Position numbers and translations under genes: made by a program
The notes under the pieces: generated by a model
The model's database searches: none
The model's input: only the letters and a program-made list of their open reading frames with translations
What the model was told of the DNA's origin: nothing
Shown: piece by piece, positions 1 to 12,148 of the stretch
How positions within the stretch are numbered: the stretch's first letter is position 1
How the letters are laid out: each line of letters opens with the position of its first letter
Assembly (NCBI RefSeq): GCF_001447785.1
Contig: NW_015167538.1
Location: 740,511 to 804,510, forward strand
Length of the DNA: 64,000 nucleotides
From: Gekko japonicus
Lineage: Eukaryota
Direction: 5' to 3'

Positions 1-49
1 ATTAAGAATATGGTTTCAGTGCAGAAATAGAACAAGTCCGCCAACCTTG

Positions 50-830
50 CCATTGACATCTCCAACTGATGCCTATTGACATTAGTAAAATAAATAAAAT
101 TGACTGTATAAATTATGAGCATATGATAGATAAACAAAGAAAAATAAAATCTTGGCAAGAAATTCAAGACGAAGGAAAAAACATTCTGTGCTTGTTGTAT
201 TACCAAATGGTCTCTAAATTCAAAGAACGAATAGTCAAAGAAGGGGGCCAGTTAAGAGAGAAAACCGCTTTTTAACAATTAATCACTGGAGATTCAAAGC
301 ACCTATGAAGAAAAATTTACAATATTGCAATATCATACAGAAACAGAGCAAGTAAAAAACTGTATGATAAAATAGATGCAAAGTTTTTGAGAAAATATAT
401 GCGTGAGCCAGTGGGAAAACCTGTGGACTAAAGAAATTACATTTACTGAATGTCAAATATTAAGGGAGAATTGGTATAAAATGTTTTTAAATGGTGTATT
501 ACTCCCAAAGACATTGCAAAAACTAATAAAGAGTACAATGGAAAGTGCTGGAAATGTCAGAATACAGATGCAACATTTTACCATAAGTGGTGGACATGTA
601 AAAAACCAAGAAAATATTGGAAAGAAGTACATGAAGAAATGCAAAAGATATTAAAATTTAAGTTTGTGATGGACCCCAAAAATATGTTATTAAATATCTT
701 ACTTAGCAATATTACAAAAACACATAGTGAATTTTTAAGTACATGGTGATGGCGGCAAGTAATATTTGCAGCAAATGGAAGGCAGAAAGATGTCCAGATC
801 TCAAGGAATGGAAGAACAAATTATATGAGG
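50..830 (+). mobile_element. Degraded L1/Tx1-type LINE, ORF2 C-terminal (CCHC) region
   Basis: Frameshifted pieces read ENLWTKEITFTECQILRENWYKMF and KCWKCQNTDATFYHKWWTCKK..YWKEVHEEMQKIL, the typical L1-clade C-terminal Cys/His motif; A-rich. Confidence 0.75.
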
Positions 831-1059
831 TAAGCATTTTTCAAATATATAACTGAAAATTAAGAATAAATTTAAATTCAAATTAAAACAGAAAAAGATT
901 GGCAATATATGTTCCTAATAAAATCATTATTAGATATGAAGATAATTTAGAAGATTCTGCCTATACTATATTTATGACTTTAATGTATGACTTAGATGAC
1001 TGTAGACCATTGGAGTTATGTATGATTTAGATGAATGTACGATTGTAGTTCAAGTTTTA

Positions 1060-1610
1060 TGTCAGTTTCTTAACTGAATTATTTATGGACTAAGTTATCT
1101 CTGAGGAGTAGAAATCCCTGGTCTGGTGTGATTAGAAACTATCAGTAGAGTCTGCCAGTAGAGACCGTAAAAGTCAGTAAAGACCTCAAGAAGAGCACTG
1201 GTGTTCCAAGAGAAAGGGTTTGGGTACTGATAAGAGGGTTACCAGCCTTCTGGGCACCAAAAGAGTTAGCAGTTATACAAATAAAGTGTGCAGGAGTGTT
1301 AGGGAAAACATAGGAACAATAGTATCTCAATATAAAGATTTAAAGTATGAATGATTTAAGAAGCTCTCTTCAGCCTAATATATATATACAAAATATATAC
1401 AAAAGTCTTTGCTTGTACTAACTTTTACCTCAGTATTTTCAACCCCTGATTTCACCTGACCTTCCCCCTTGATGTTAAATAAAACCTTTTGTTATTTTTG
1501 AATTTTAAAGCATCTCAAGTACCATTTTTAGTGGTTTTCTGTTAAGGGGTGACCCTAAACCTTCCCTCGGGTTCCTGGGCTGAGCGAATAGCCAATATAT
1601 ATCACTGACA
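1060..1610 (+). mobile_element. Solo-LTR-like element (551 bp)
   Basis: TG...CA ends with a 7-bp inverted repeat (tgtcagt ... actgaca), TATA-like tataaa ~1331 and aataaa ~1478; no target-site duplication found. Confidence 0.5.
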
Positions 1611-1920
1611 CAGGGTGGGACCGCAAACGTTTCTTTTAAGGAGAAAGCAACACGATACCAGGGCAGCTCAGTCAGTGGAAGGAAAATAGAAACAGAGCGA
1701 AAATCTAGCCTCTGAGTGAGAGAAATGGAAGGGGGACTTCATATGAGGACTCTTAAGATAACATGCCTCTTAGTGGGGAGTTGATAACACTGTTATGGGG
1801 AAGGGGGGATGCCATCCCAGGTTGCATTTCCAACTGCCATGCCTCTGCCACCCTCCCTCTTCCGCCAGCACTGAGAAGACTCCCCCTGCCTCCCCATCCC
1901 TGACCTGTCACATAACATAC

Positions 1921-2083
1921 TTGCGGTTCCGCTCTTTCACCACCATGCGGGTCATGCTCTGGATGCACTGTGCCCGGTAGTTTTCGTAATGTGTTTCCCG
2001 TGTCACATCCTTCAGGTCCTGCATGTGGGTCCTCACCAGCATGGTGCGTAGCTTGACAAAGTCGCAGTGTGCGGGGTTCTCCA
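1921..2083 (-). CDS. SEPTIN4: Septin-4 exon ([54 protein letters not shown]); last exon in window
   Basis: Septin unique element near-identical to SEPT4; cag| acceptor, |gtatgt donor, 163 nt, phase 1-2. Confidence 0.95.
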
Positions 2084-2632
2084 CTGGCCAGGGGAAGACA
2101 GAGTCAGCAGGGTCATCAGGGATGGGGAAGCAAGGACGCTAGGGCAGAGCACCCGCATTGCCAGATGCAGCAGGTCCCAGGCTTGGTTTCTGTCTAGTTA
2201 TGACTGGAGATGCTGGGGATTGAATCTGAGACTTCCTGTATGGCAAGCAGATGCTCTACTACTGAGCTACGGCCACTCCCCTGACATTGGGGCCACTGGC
2301 CTTGCTATCTGTGAATGCTCCATTGGGTCAGAGCTAGTAAATACAGTACAATCCTTCTCAAATCCAGCATCTTTCCTCTTTTGAACATCCTGGGTTGGAT
2401 CCACGGGAAAACTAAATGAAAGCGGTAAATGGAGCAGATCTCTCGCCACTTTCCCATCCCCCAAGCAGCCCATAATTTGCTCTCAGAATCCTCTCGGAAG
2501 GCCCTGAGAATCTTGAGAACAAAATGCAGTCCATCCTTCTGCCCCCTGCAACTTGTGGGCAAAGCTCACATTTCTGCTGCAAGACACCTGCACCAAGCCA
2601 CAAGCCGGGAATGGGAATGAGCTCTCAGTTAC

Positions 2633-2729
2633 CTTCCACGATGCCCCACGGGTAAAGCCTCCCGCGAACCCGTCTGCCTTTGGCCTCCACCACTGTGTTG
2701 CTTCCAATCACAGCAAAAGGGATGCTCTC
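2633..2729 (-). CDS. SEPTIN4: Septin-4 exon ([32 protein letters not shown])
   Basis: Septin GRxYPWG motif; cag|...|gtaact; 97 nt, phase 0-1. Confidence 0.95.
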
Positions 2730-3227
2730 CTGGAAGAGAACAGCACTGTCAGAGGCACACCTGCTGGGTAGCAGCATCTCCTGTGGTTATTTTAGAGGTC
2801 TACAGGCCACCAGTCCATGAACCTGCTCAACACAGATCATGCTGCAAAAGCAATACCCCAATATAAACACAGTCAACAGTAAAGCCAGCCCCCCTCCACA
2901 CAAAAAAACCAGAAGGAAAGAACCTGCTAGGGGTGTAAAGACAAAAACCATACCCATAAAACAGCCCAGGGGCAGATCATAAGATTGGTAACAAAGATTG
3001 ACCCCTTCACTGAAAGGCCCAGGTAAACAGAAATGATACGGCCTGTGACCTGATGAAAAGGACAGTGAAGTAGATGACAGGTTAGTCTCAATGGGGGAGG
3101 CATTCCAAAGGTGAGGTGCCACCAATGAAAACATCCCATCCCTCGTCATAGTATCCACCACACCTTTGCAGGCAGGGGCACTAAGAGGTGGGATTGGGAA
3201 GAGGATATTAATTGGTGGGCTGAAGAG

Positions 3228-3569
3228 CAGGGGTCATTTCATAGAAAAAGAGGTGCAGGAGCTCATTAGCGTAACTCATTAGCATAACTTATTTGCATAT
3301 GCCACACACCCCTGACATCACCGGAAGTGTGTCCGAAGGCAACACCCACCTCTCAGGCTCCACTGGACTGTTTTGGATTGCTAGCTATGGGGGGCGGGAG
3401 AACGTGCAGATCTGTCATCGCAGATGAGGGAGAGCTTGTACCTGAAGGCGGGCCGGGGGGGGGGACTCTGCAACTTACCTGGGGGGTGGGGCTTGTTGCA
3501 TGTGCCCGCCCCCTGGCTCTTTACTGCCGGAGCTCCGCTCCTGTGCGCTCCTGCAGGAAATGACCCCTG
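3228..3569. mobile_element. hAT-type MITE, family A
   Basis: TIR caggggtcatttc / gaaatgacccctg and 8-bp TSD ctgaagag; related copies at 15166 and 61087. Confidence 0.9.
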
Positions 3570-4191
3570 CTGAAGAGTATGGGAAGGGATGGTCCTTCAG
3601 GTACCCTGGCCCCAAACTATTTAGAGCCTTCAATTGTAAGAACTTTGCATTGTCCCTGGAAACAAACAGGTAAATCGATGCAGGTCTATTTTTACTGCCC
3701 ACAGAGTCCAAAGGAACTGTATAGAATACTGGAAGAGAAATCATCTTGGGTACCACCTGTCTACTTGCGAAGGTGGGTGGTCCGTTACAGTTTCTAGAGA
3801 CAACTGGCAATACTCTCCTGACATTTCTTCCCCGAGCACTGGTAGCCCACGTGGAGAAATGTGTTGTACTTTGGAGCCTTGGACAGTACAAGACCTTCAC
3901 CTTGAGTTTTTAAAGGTTTTCCTCTCTCTTAGCAGAGCAGGAAGTGTGTGTGTGGGGTAGTCAATTGCTCTCCAGCTTCACCCAGCCAGACTTTAGAAAC
4001 GCTAATTGCTGCCTGACTGAATACAATGAGATGGTCAAGTCACACGGCAGCTAGAAGACAATGACACCTAGCAGGAAAGAAGCTTGGGGGGTTTAATTGC
4101 TGCCAATTACCGGGAAGGCTTTTTTGATACACAAAGAGAGCTAATAAAACCCTTTGGCACATAGGGGAAGGTCTCTTTTTTGCTGATTCCT

Positions 4192-4243
4192 NNNNNNNNN
4201 NNNNNNNNNNNNNNNNNNNNNNNNNNNNNNNNNNNNNNNNNNN
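4192..4243. other. Assembly gap (52 N)
   Basis: Run of N. Confidence 1.
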
Positions 4244-4730
4244 NGTGGGGGAAAGCAGGCAAACAAAGACTCCAATGTAGCGGAAACCTTAGAAACTTTG
4301 TAACTTCTACATTAATGATCTTGCCTTAGAATAACATCAACTAGGGCATGTATAGAATCAGGGACAGTGGAACGGCATGTTTATACTTTTCTTTTGGATC
4401 CTTTGCTCAGTCTGTTATTGTGCTTGAGAATATGTGTATGGGCATTTTCTTTTTAATAAATGTCTTATAATTTTTAATGTTTGTTGTTGTTCTCCACCAT
4501 TCAAACATGCTGCTTGAAACAGCCACCAATTGCTTCCATATTCACCACTTTGTCTGGAATTGCCCTGATTTGCTCACTCAATTTTACAGAGAATCCAGAC
4601 ACCACCATTGGCAATCTTTTGCCTTTCTCTGTTTTACTGCTTGTTCTTACTATTTTTTTTAGACCAGGTTTGTGGCCATTTTTTACAGTTTAATTTCAAC
4701 ACAGGGTGTCCAGGCTCCCCCCATCCTCAC

Positions 4731-4832
4731 CTTAAGGGCCAGATCCTGCGTCTTAAAATCATCATCTTCATCTGAATCACATTCTGGGAACTGGTAGATC
4801 CGGATTCCAAATTGCTCAATTTCATCACGGAT
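4731..4832 (-). CDS. SEPTIN4: Septin-4 exon ([34 protein letters not shown])
   Basis: SEPT2-group motif YQFPxCDSDED; cag|...|gtgagg; 102 nt, phase 0-0. Confidence 0.95.
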
Positions 4833-5017
4833 CTGGAAGGGGAAAATGATGCCTGAAACTGACAAAGCTTGATCATGGCTTGTTCCACATTTGCTGCAGG
4901 CTGAGGGCTCAATGCCACATGACTTAAAAGGATCCACACCAAAAGCAGCAGCGATGTGTCTAATTTGCCTCATCTTGGGAGAAGGCACCCACGTTTGTTC
5001 TCATGGCCTCTCCTCAC

Positions 5018-5135
5018 CTTGGTTTTCATCCGATCCACCTCAAAGGGTGTCAGGGTGTCAGCTTTGGCCAGGACTGGAACGATGTTCACACGCTGATGGA
5101 GAGCTTTCATGCATTCGATGTCCAGGGGCCGCAAC
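5018..5135 (-). CDS. SEPTIN4: Septin-4 exon with G4 motif ([39 protein letters not shown])
   Basis: AKAD G4 motif; cag|...|gtgagg; 118 nt, phase 2-0. Confidence 0.95.
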
Positions 5136-6919
5136 CTGCCAAGAGATGCAGTTAAGCACGCTGCGCATATCAGAAACTGGTCCTCCCCATACACACACAG
5201 AGCCTAAAAGTTAGGTTGTTCAAGACAGCCTTGTTCTGTTGTTCCAGTCAAGAAACATAAAGGCCATGGAGGACAGGCAAGAATTTGATGCTTGGCAATC
5301 ATTTTTCATTTGCACTGGGATTGTATTTTAGTAAGTTATCAATTACGTTCAATAAGTTTACTAGGCACATGTTAGGGGCTAACTATACATTACATGATCC
5401 TGAGTCCAACACAAGGACTTTCAATCTGACATTCCTTGAATGTTCAGCACTCAGACCCTATTCCCAAGCAGGTGGGGAAGGCCAATTTGGATCAGGGCCA
5501 CGACACAGAGGGAGAGGGAACTTAAGCCATTTCGTATGCACTGTTTTCCTGACCTGAAGTGGCCCTGGAAAACTGCTTTTTGCCCTGCTAGGGAAACCTA
5601 CTTGTACTGCACTGATGGTTACATATGGGTTTCCCCAGAAAAGCAACAAGCAACTCCCTGGGTCTGTTTCCGGTTGGGCAAATGGTGGGCAGTGAAGGCT
5701 GACACCACCTCTCTCAATTCAAACTGGTCCCAATCTGAACTAGGCCTCTACATGACTAGAATTTGAGTCTGAATCACAGAACACATTCTAGCTGAAAATC
5801 CTTGTGACGAATCCGGAAAGGACACTAAGATAGTGCAATGTTTATTTAGGCACTTCAAGACAAGCTACACAGATGCTGGGGATTCCCAGAGTAGGGCAGG
5901 CATGTAGACTGGTGCTGTGGTGCAAGAATTACTACCTTTCCACAGGGCATGTAAGGCAGAGATGTTCCACCAGGCATTTGGTTGAGGACAGCAACGGGAC
6001 CATATGACATCTGGCAATCTCATATACTCTACCCAACCCTTGCAACTCCCCCCCACCCCCCGCAAAGGCTGGGGAGCTGAATTTTCCCCACCATCTTGGA
6101 CTGAATATTGTTTTATTAATTGATTTGTTTCTAGGTAGTCTTAATGTTGGTTTTAATTTAAATTATTTATTGTATTCTATTCTGTTGTAAGCCACCCTGA
6201 GCCCTACTTGTAGGGAAGAGCAGCCTAGTAAATCTTTTAATTAATAAATAAATAAGTGGGGGGGGGGGAATCCCTAACTCTAACTCCAATTTAAAATGTC
6301 ATGTTTCAGTGGAGGAAACAGCATAGGGGGTGTTAAAATCCTTGATCCTCCATGCCACAGGCCCAATTCGTATCAGTCACCTCCCCCCCCCCCCACACAC
6401 ACATATATATCCCTGCTTTTTAAATATCAGGGGCTTCAACAGCAGATCCCCAATGTCACATATTGCTGGCCATGTAAATTCAAGTTGTTTATTCTGTTTT
6501 GCATTGGCTCATGATAACCTTCCCCAGTTATCTCCCAAGCATGAGCTCTGCCTCCAGGCCTGACCTGGCAAAACCATACCACAGGCTGAAACAAGAGGAA
6601 CATCCATGCCTTCTTCCTAGAGACCCTGGAAATTGTGAGGAAACAGAGGAAGGGATCTCTAACAGAGACCGTTCTTCCCCAAACCCCAAACTCAGGATTC
6701 TTTGGGTGAAGCTAAGGCAATTACAGTGGTATATGAGGGATACAGTGCTGTACTGCACACAGGGCCCCTATCAGCCAGCAGCTCACTAGGATGTCATACT
6801 GCAGCAAGGCTTGCTTGCCCGCTCACATAGCCCACAGCTTTTGGAACCAGCACTGTTATGCCCTGCTCCAAAAGTAAAGGCTGGCTTAGCTGGGCCTCAG
6901 TCCCCTCCACTTCCCCTAC

Positions 6920-7054
6920 CCGTGTCCGAAGGGTGAAATGAAGTAGAGGCAGCAGTGGATGCGGTTGTCCTGGATGTTCTTCCGGTTCAGGCCACTTTCG
7001 TCCCTGAAGTACTGTTCAAATTGCTGATCTATGTAGTCGGCCACAGGTTTCCAG
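6920..7054 (-). CDS. SEPTIN4: Septin-4 exon ([45 protein letters not shown])
   Basis: DxRxHCCLYFI septin motif; cag|...|gtaggg; 135 nt, phase 2-2. Confidence 0.95.
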
Positions 7055-7924
7055 CTGGGGAGGGAACAGAACAGGGGAGAAGAAGTTCTATAAAACAAGG
7101 TGGTAGGGTGCCAGCTCCAGGCCGGTGGCAGGGTGTGGCAGGGTCAGGGACCTGCCAAGGCCTGTGGGCTGGCAGAGGGCCTACCTCCACCTCCCCCCCC
7201 ACCACCCAGTGACTGGAGGCCCTTGACCTTCCATTTCCCAAATGAAAGCTACATCTGGAGGCGGTAGAAGAAGCAGAATGCAAGAGAATCGGACCCTGCT
7301 GCCTTCCCCAGGTCCGCCTTCCCCAAGCAGCCCAGAGGCCGTTCCGACCACACAGTGACTTTCTCTTATTCTTTTTTGACCAACCAGCAGTGATAGGGCT
7401 AAAAGGAGTGCAAGAAAAAGACAATTTTCATCCCACAGTGTAGCCACACTTGGATGGAGAAGGGAGCTGTGATGGGTGTGGGAAGGTGACCATGACCAGG
7501 GCTGTGAGATTAGAGCCGCGACTGGGCTGAGGAAGGAAGGCCTGGGAGAATGGAGCCACAGTAGACGGGTCTGTAAAAATGTGCAACCACTAAGAAGCCA
7601 GACCATAAATGTCTGCCAGCTGTGCACCAAATGCCTACTGGGCCGGGCAATGCCAGGTGAACATACTCCCCCTTCCTTCATCATCACCAGAAACTGAGGG
7701 ACACAGGAAGCTCTGCTGGGGTCAGTCTCATGTCTCCTCTCACGAGGATTTACCTGCCTGGCAGCCAGCTGGCTTTTGTCTCTAGCAGATTATTTTTATC
7801 CCAATTCTGGCTTCTATCCAGAAGTCAAACGGGCTCTCCAGGCAAGGCCTAATGGGATTCCCTGCCCAGGGCTCTGCCTGCTGCCAGGGCTAATTCCCCT
7901 CCTCTCTCCAAAGGGGAGACATAC

Positions 7925-8048
7925 CACTCTGTGTTGTTGACGGCGTCCCCAAAGCCCGGCGTGTCCACGATGGTAAGGCGGAGCTTCACGCCTTTCTCCT
8001 CAATGTCCACCACATGCTTCGTGATTTCTACCGTCTGCATGATCCGTT
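7925..8048 (-). CDS. SEPTIN4: Septin-4 exon with G3 motif ([41 protein letters not shown])
   Basis: DTPGFGD G3 motif; tag|...|gtatgt; 124 nt, phase 1-2. Confidence 0.95.
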
Positions 8049-8559
8049 CTAGACACAGGGAGAAAAGGACAGAAATGGGGTTTGTGGGGAAGCAGCACGC
8101 TAACAGGCAGGTGCAACGGCTACACAAACACCCCGACATACATCACAAAAGGCCAAAAATCCAGGCAGTGGCTTACTCCAGCATCCTGTTTCTGACAGTG
8201 GACAGCCAGATGCTTCTAACAGTCTTCCCTATTTTTGACCCCAGCATCTAAGAACAAGGTATACTGCCACTGAATATGGAGGCTCACAGCCAAATCTTCT
8301 CAAGCACCAATGTGGCAAACACAAGAGCCATCTCATAAAGGACAGAGAAATCTCTTGGCTCCTCCCAGGAGCCCATATTGAGAGGTACATTGCTTCTGTA
8401 CATGGAGGCTCCATTTAGCTATCATAGCTACCATTAAAAAGGGTATTTAATCTCTTTTTAATTAATTACTGATTACATAATAAATAAATAATTAAAACAG
8501 TTAAAAAGGCAGGAACGACACTAAATTCATAAGGGTCAACAATCCCAAATAGCTGGAAG

Positions 8560-9220
8560 CAACTAGGCCATAAGCCAAGAACAGGAAAAATCTTATACAC
8601 ATGGGCAGCATACGGTTGGAAAGCTACAGCAAGGGAGGCCAAATAATTGGGTGCAAGCCACCTCAACTGAAGGCCTGGTGGAACAGCTCCATTTTGCAGG
8701 CCCTGCAAAACTGTAATAGGTCTCACAGGGCCCTGATCTCAGATGGGAGCAAGTTCCACTAGGCTGGTCGAGGCTAAGCGGACGCCCTTTGGGTCGGAGA
8801 GAACCAGCAGATGATGTTCCGCCAAGCACAAGGCTCTCCAGAGCACATACAGTCTCCAGAGTAGTCCCTTCAATATGTCGGCCCCAGGCCACATAGGGCT
8901 TTACAGGTTAATACCAACACCTTGAAATGGATCCGGTACTCAATCGGTAGCCAGTGCAATTGGCACAGCACTGGCTGAATGCGAGCCCACACAGGCATTG
9001 CAGTCAGCAGGTGTGCCGCCGTATTTTGCACTAGCTGGAATTTCCAGATCAGCTTCAGGGGTAAGCCCGCATAAAGCAAGTTACAGTAATCAAGCCTGGA
9101 AGAGACCATTGCATGGGTCACTGTAGCCAAGTCCTGGGGGGAGAGACAGGAAACTAGTTGCCCGATCTGCCAAAGATGATAAAAGGCTAACCTGGCAACT
9201 GTGGTGACCACAGAGAGTGA
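8560..9220 (-). mobile_element. L2 LINE 3' fragment
   Basis: Translation HAMVSSRLDYCNLLYAGLP...QLVQNTAAHLLT...LHWLPIEYRIHFKVL is the L2/CR1-group ORF2 C-terminus. Confidence 0.85.
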
Positions 9221-9369
9221 GGATATCACAGCTGTCTTGCTCTATCAGACCAAAGCAAGGATATGTAGACCAGTATCCTGTTTCCAACAGACAGAGGCCA
9301 GCCTGAAAGTAAGCCTCCCTTGATGTTTGTCCTTATTAACTGCTTCTATACAGGGAGGCTCCATTTAAG

Positions 9370-9653
9370 GCCAGTTTGGTGTAGTGGTTAAGTGTGCGGA
9401 CTCTAATCTGGGAGAACCAGGTTTGATTCCCCACTCCTCCACTTGCAGCTGCTGGATGACCTTGGGCAAGCCATAGTTCTGGCACAGCTGTTCTTGAAAA
9501 AGAGCCATTTCTGTCAGAGCTCTCTCAGCCCCACCTACCTCACAGGGCGTCTGTTGTGGGGAGGGGAAGGGAAAGGAGTTTGTAAGCCGCTCTGAGACTC
9601 CTTTGGGTAGTGAAGGGCGGGGTATAAATCCCATCTCCTCTTCTTCTTCTTCT
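9370..9653 (+). mobile_element. Squam3-like tRNA-derived SINE
   Basis: tRNA-like head (tggtgtagtggtt A box; ggtttgattcc B box) and (TCT)n tail; near-identical copies at 23725-24059 (+) and 27416-27687 (-). Confidence 0.75.
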
Positions 9654-10012
9654 TAACTATCATGGCTAACAGCTGTTGATAAGACTCATCCTCTGTGATT
9701 TTGTCTAATCCTTTTTAAAATCTAATTTCATCTAATCTCTCTCTCCACTCTCCCCAGACCATTTATAATTGTATGTCCCGACCAATCTATAACCATTAAG
9801 GAATGAATTTCAAAATGCACTTTTGGAAGGGGGGGAGGAATGGAACTGGAGGAAGTGCCGTGCACTAGAAGGCTGGGCCAGGTCAGGGCTCTCTAGCCCA
9901 GGTCTTCTGCATCAAATTACCTCCCTTTTGGAAGTGAGGGGGTATCCCTCCTCCTCCAGCTTTCTCCTCTAAAAGGACAGAAGGAAAGGGCCATTCAGAA
10001 AAGCCGCCTTAC

Positions 10013-10099
10013 CTTCTGCATTTAGGAGTTTGCGATCCTTGTACAGGTCAGTGAGAAAAAGACTGTTTACAAGGGTGGACTTCCCCAGCCCGGCCTCTC
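10013..10099 (-). CDS. SEPTIN4: Septin-4 exon with P-loop ([29 protein letters not shown])
   Basis: GxxGxGKS G1 motif; cag|...|gtaagg; 87 nt, phase 1-1. Confidence 0.95.
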
Positions 10100-10259
10100 C
10101 TGGGAGAAAAACAGCAGCAAACACAATTCAGCAGAAAGAACAAAAGACAGAAGACAGGCAAACATCTTTCAAACAGTACTTTTATCCAGGGAACTAAATG
10201 TTACAGCCGGCACTGTGTACTACAAGGAGTGACAGTTAAAACTGACAACAAATCACTAC

Positions 10260-10950
10260 TAGGCAGTAAAAAGGGATCCAGTGCCCCTGTATAAATCTAT
10301 GGTGCAGCCTCATTTGGAACAGTTCTGGTCACCGCACCTCAAAAAAGATACTATAGCATTGTAGAAGGTACAGAAAAGGGCAACTAAAATAATTAAGGCG
10401 ATGTAACACCTTTCCTTTGAAGAAAGGTTAAAGAGGTTAGGGCTCTTTACCATGGAGAAAGGACAACCGAGGATTGAGGATAGAGATTTACAAAATTATG
10501 CATGGGATAGAGAAGATAGAAAAAGAAGTACTTTTCTCTCTTTCTCACAATATAAGAATTCGTGGGCACTCAATGGAATTGATGAGCAGTAGGTTTAGAA
10601 CAGATTAAAGGAAGTACTTCTTCACTCAAAGAATAATTCACATGTGGAATTCACTGCCACAGTTAAGTGGTGACTGCTACCAGCTTAGGCAGCTTCAAGA
10701 GGGGATTGGATAAACATATGGAATAGAGATCCATCAGTGGCTATTAGTCACAAGGTATAGATGGAACACTGTGTCTGGGGAAGTGATGCTCTGTATTCTT
10801 GGTGCCTGGGGGGCAACAGTGGGAGGACTTCTGGAATTCTGGCCCTGCTGGTGGACCTCCTGATGGCACCTGGGTTTTGGCCACTGTGTGACACAGTGCT
10901 GGACTGGATGGGCCACTGGCCTGATCCAACATAGCTTCTCTTATGTTCTT
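10260..10950 (+). mobile_element. CR1 LINE 3' fragment
   Basis: Matches the copy at 20790-21598 along its length; CR1 3' hairpin region and ttcttatg-type terminal repeat. Confidence 0.9.
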
Positions 10951-11588
10951 ATATCATTGGGCATAGGAAGGGGAAAGTAAGGAAGACCAGTTTAAGAACA
11001 TGGCTTTTGGAGAAACAGACACGCTGGAAGCCAAGGTTAGTGCCAAAGTCCATCGTTTTCGATGCAGGTAGAACACTGGCTGTGTCGATGCGCAGCTGAA
11101 TCCCAGGATCTTCACAGCACAGCAAAGAGTTTTGTGGCCATAAAGAAAGACTGCTTGACCGTGGCACTGATTGCCATGTGTTGGCACCTGCTAGGTCACG
11201 TTGATGGAGCCTTTATCCTCGTGGACATTACTGATTTGATTTATTTAAATATTTTTATACCCCAGCTGTCCGGATTCAGTCAAGGCAGCTTTCAGTAAAA
11301 CACAGAAAATCACAATAGAACAGGCAGGCTAATCAGCCTGGACACTGAAAAACATAAAGGGTCTTCGTCATAAATATCATTTCAAATTTGCATCTAATAA
11401 CAGCTTTCTCCTGATCTTTGCTGCCCCAACAGCAAAGGGTTTTCAGAGATATATTGCCCCTGAACATGGGGGTTCCATTTGTTTATGATGGCTAGCTGCT
11501 GTCGAAGAAGTATAATGAAAAAGGTGCAGCTTGCAACATTCGAGGGCATCAAAGGAAAGGAAAATCCCACACATACACGCACACATAC

Positions 11589-11682
11589 CTGCAACCATGA
11601 GTGTGAAATCAAAGCCTTTCTTCACAGACTTCCGGTGGACTTGATTGGGGAGCGTCGCAAACCCCACGTACTCCTTGTCATC
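11589..11682 (-). CDS. SEPTIN4: Septin-4 exon with polybasic region ([31 protein letters not shown])
   Basis: Identical to the recalled SEPT4 sequence; cag|...|gtatgt; 94 nt, phase 0-1. Confidence 0.95.
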
Positions 11683-11844
11683 CTGAAGACAGCAGAAAGA
11701 GGGAGACCAGGAGGAAGGGAAAGGAGAAATGCTCCTGTTATAGAAATCATGACATTCAGAGAGAAGCTGTATGACCCTGGCTTTTTCATGGGGGAAAGGT
11801 GTGTCAGTGGGTCTTGGGCAGGAGAACCATCAAATGGGCTAGGC

Positions 11845-12148
11845 CAGGGGTCCCCAACGTGGTGTTACTACTCCTGGTGCCTGCCTAGTGTTTTTAGAAA
11901 ATGAGCTGGGCCAGGTGGGGCATTTGCCCAACAAGGCTTCTCATTGGCTACTGGACAATTTCAAAAGCGCTGCTTTGGCAGCAGCTGTTACCACAGTTCA
12001 AAATTTCCACCGAGGGACTGAAGATAAACTGCAGCAGCCATTGCGTGGCTGGCTCCACCTCCTGTGGCAGCCATTTCGGGGCTGTGCCCACCATACTGTG
12101 TCCAGAATTCCAAAGGTGACCCAGGTCCAAAAAGGTTGGGGACCCCTG
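11845..12148. mobile_element. hAT-type MITE, family B
   Basis: TIR caggggtccccaac / gttggggacccctg; perfect 8-bp TSD ggctaggc. Confidence 0.9.

Noticed and set aside
1-1920. Terminal SEPT4 coiled-coil exons (KLTRESGTDFPIP...)
   Set aside because: Not found in this interval; presumed to lie left of the window rather than lost.
9370-9445. Apparent tRNA genes at SINE heads (also 14272, 23725, 41650)
   Set aside because: No complete cloverleaf; each continues into a SINE body and tail.
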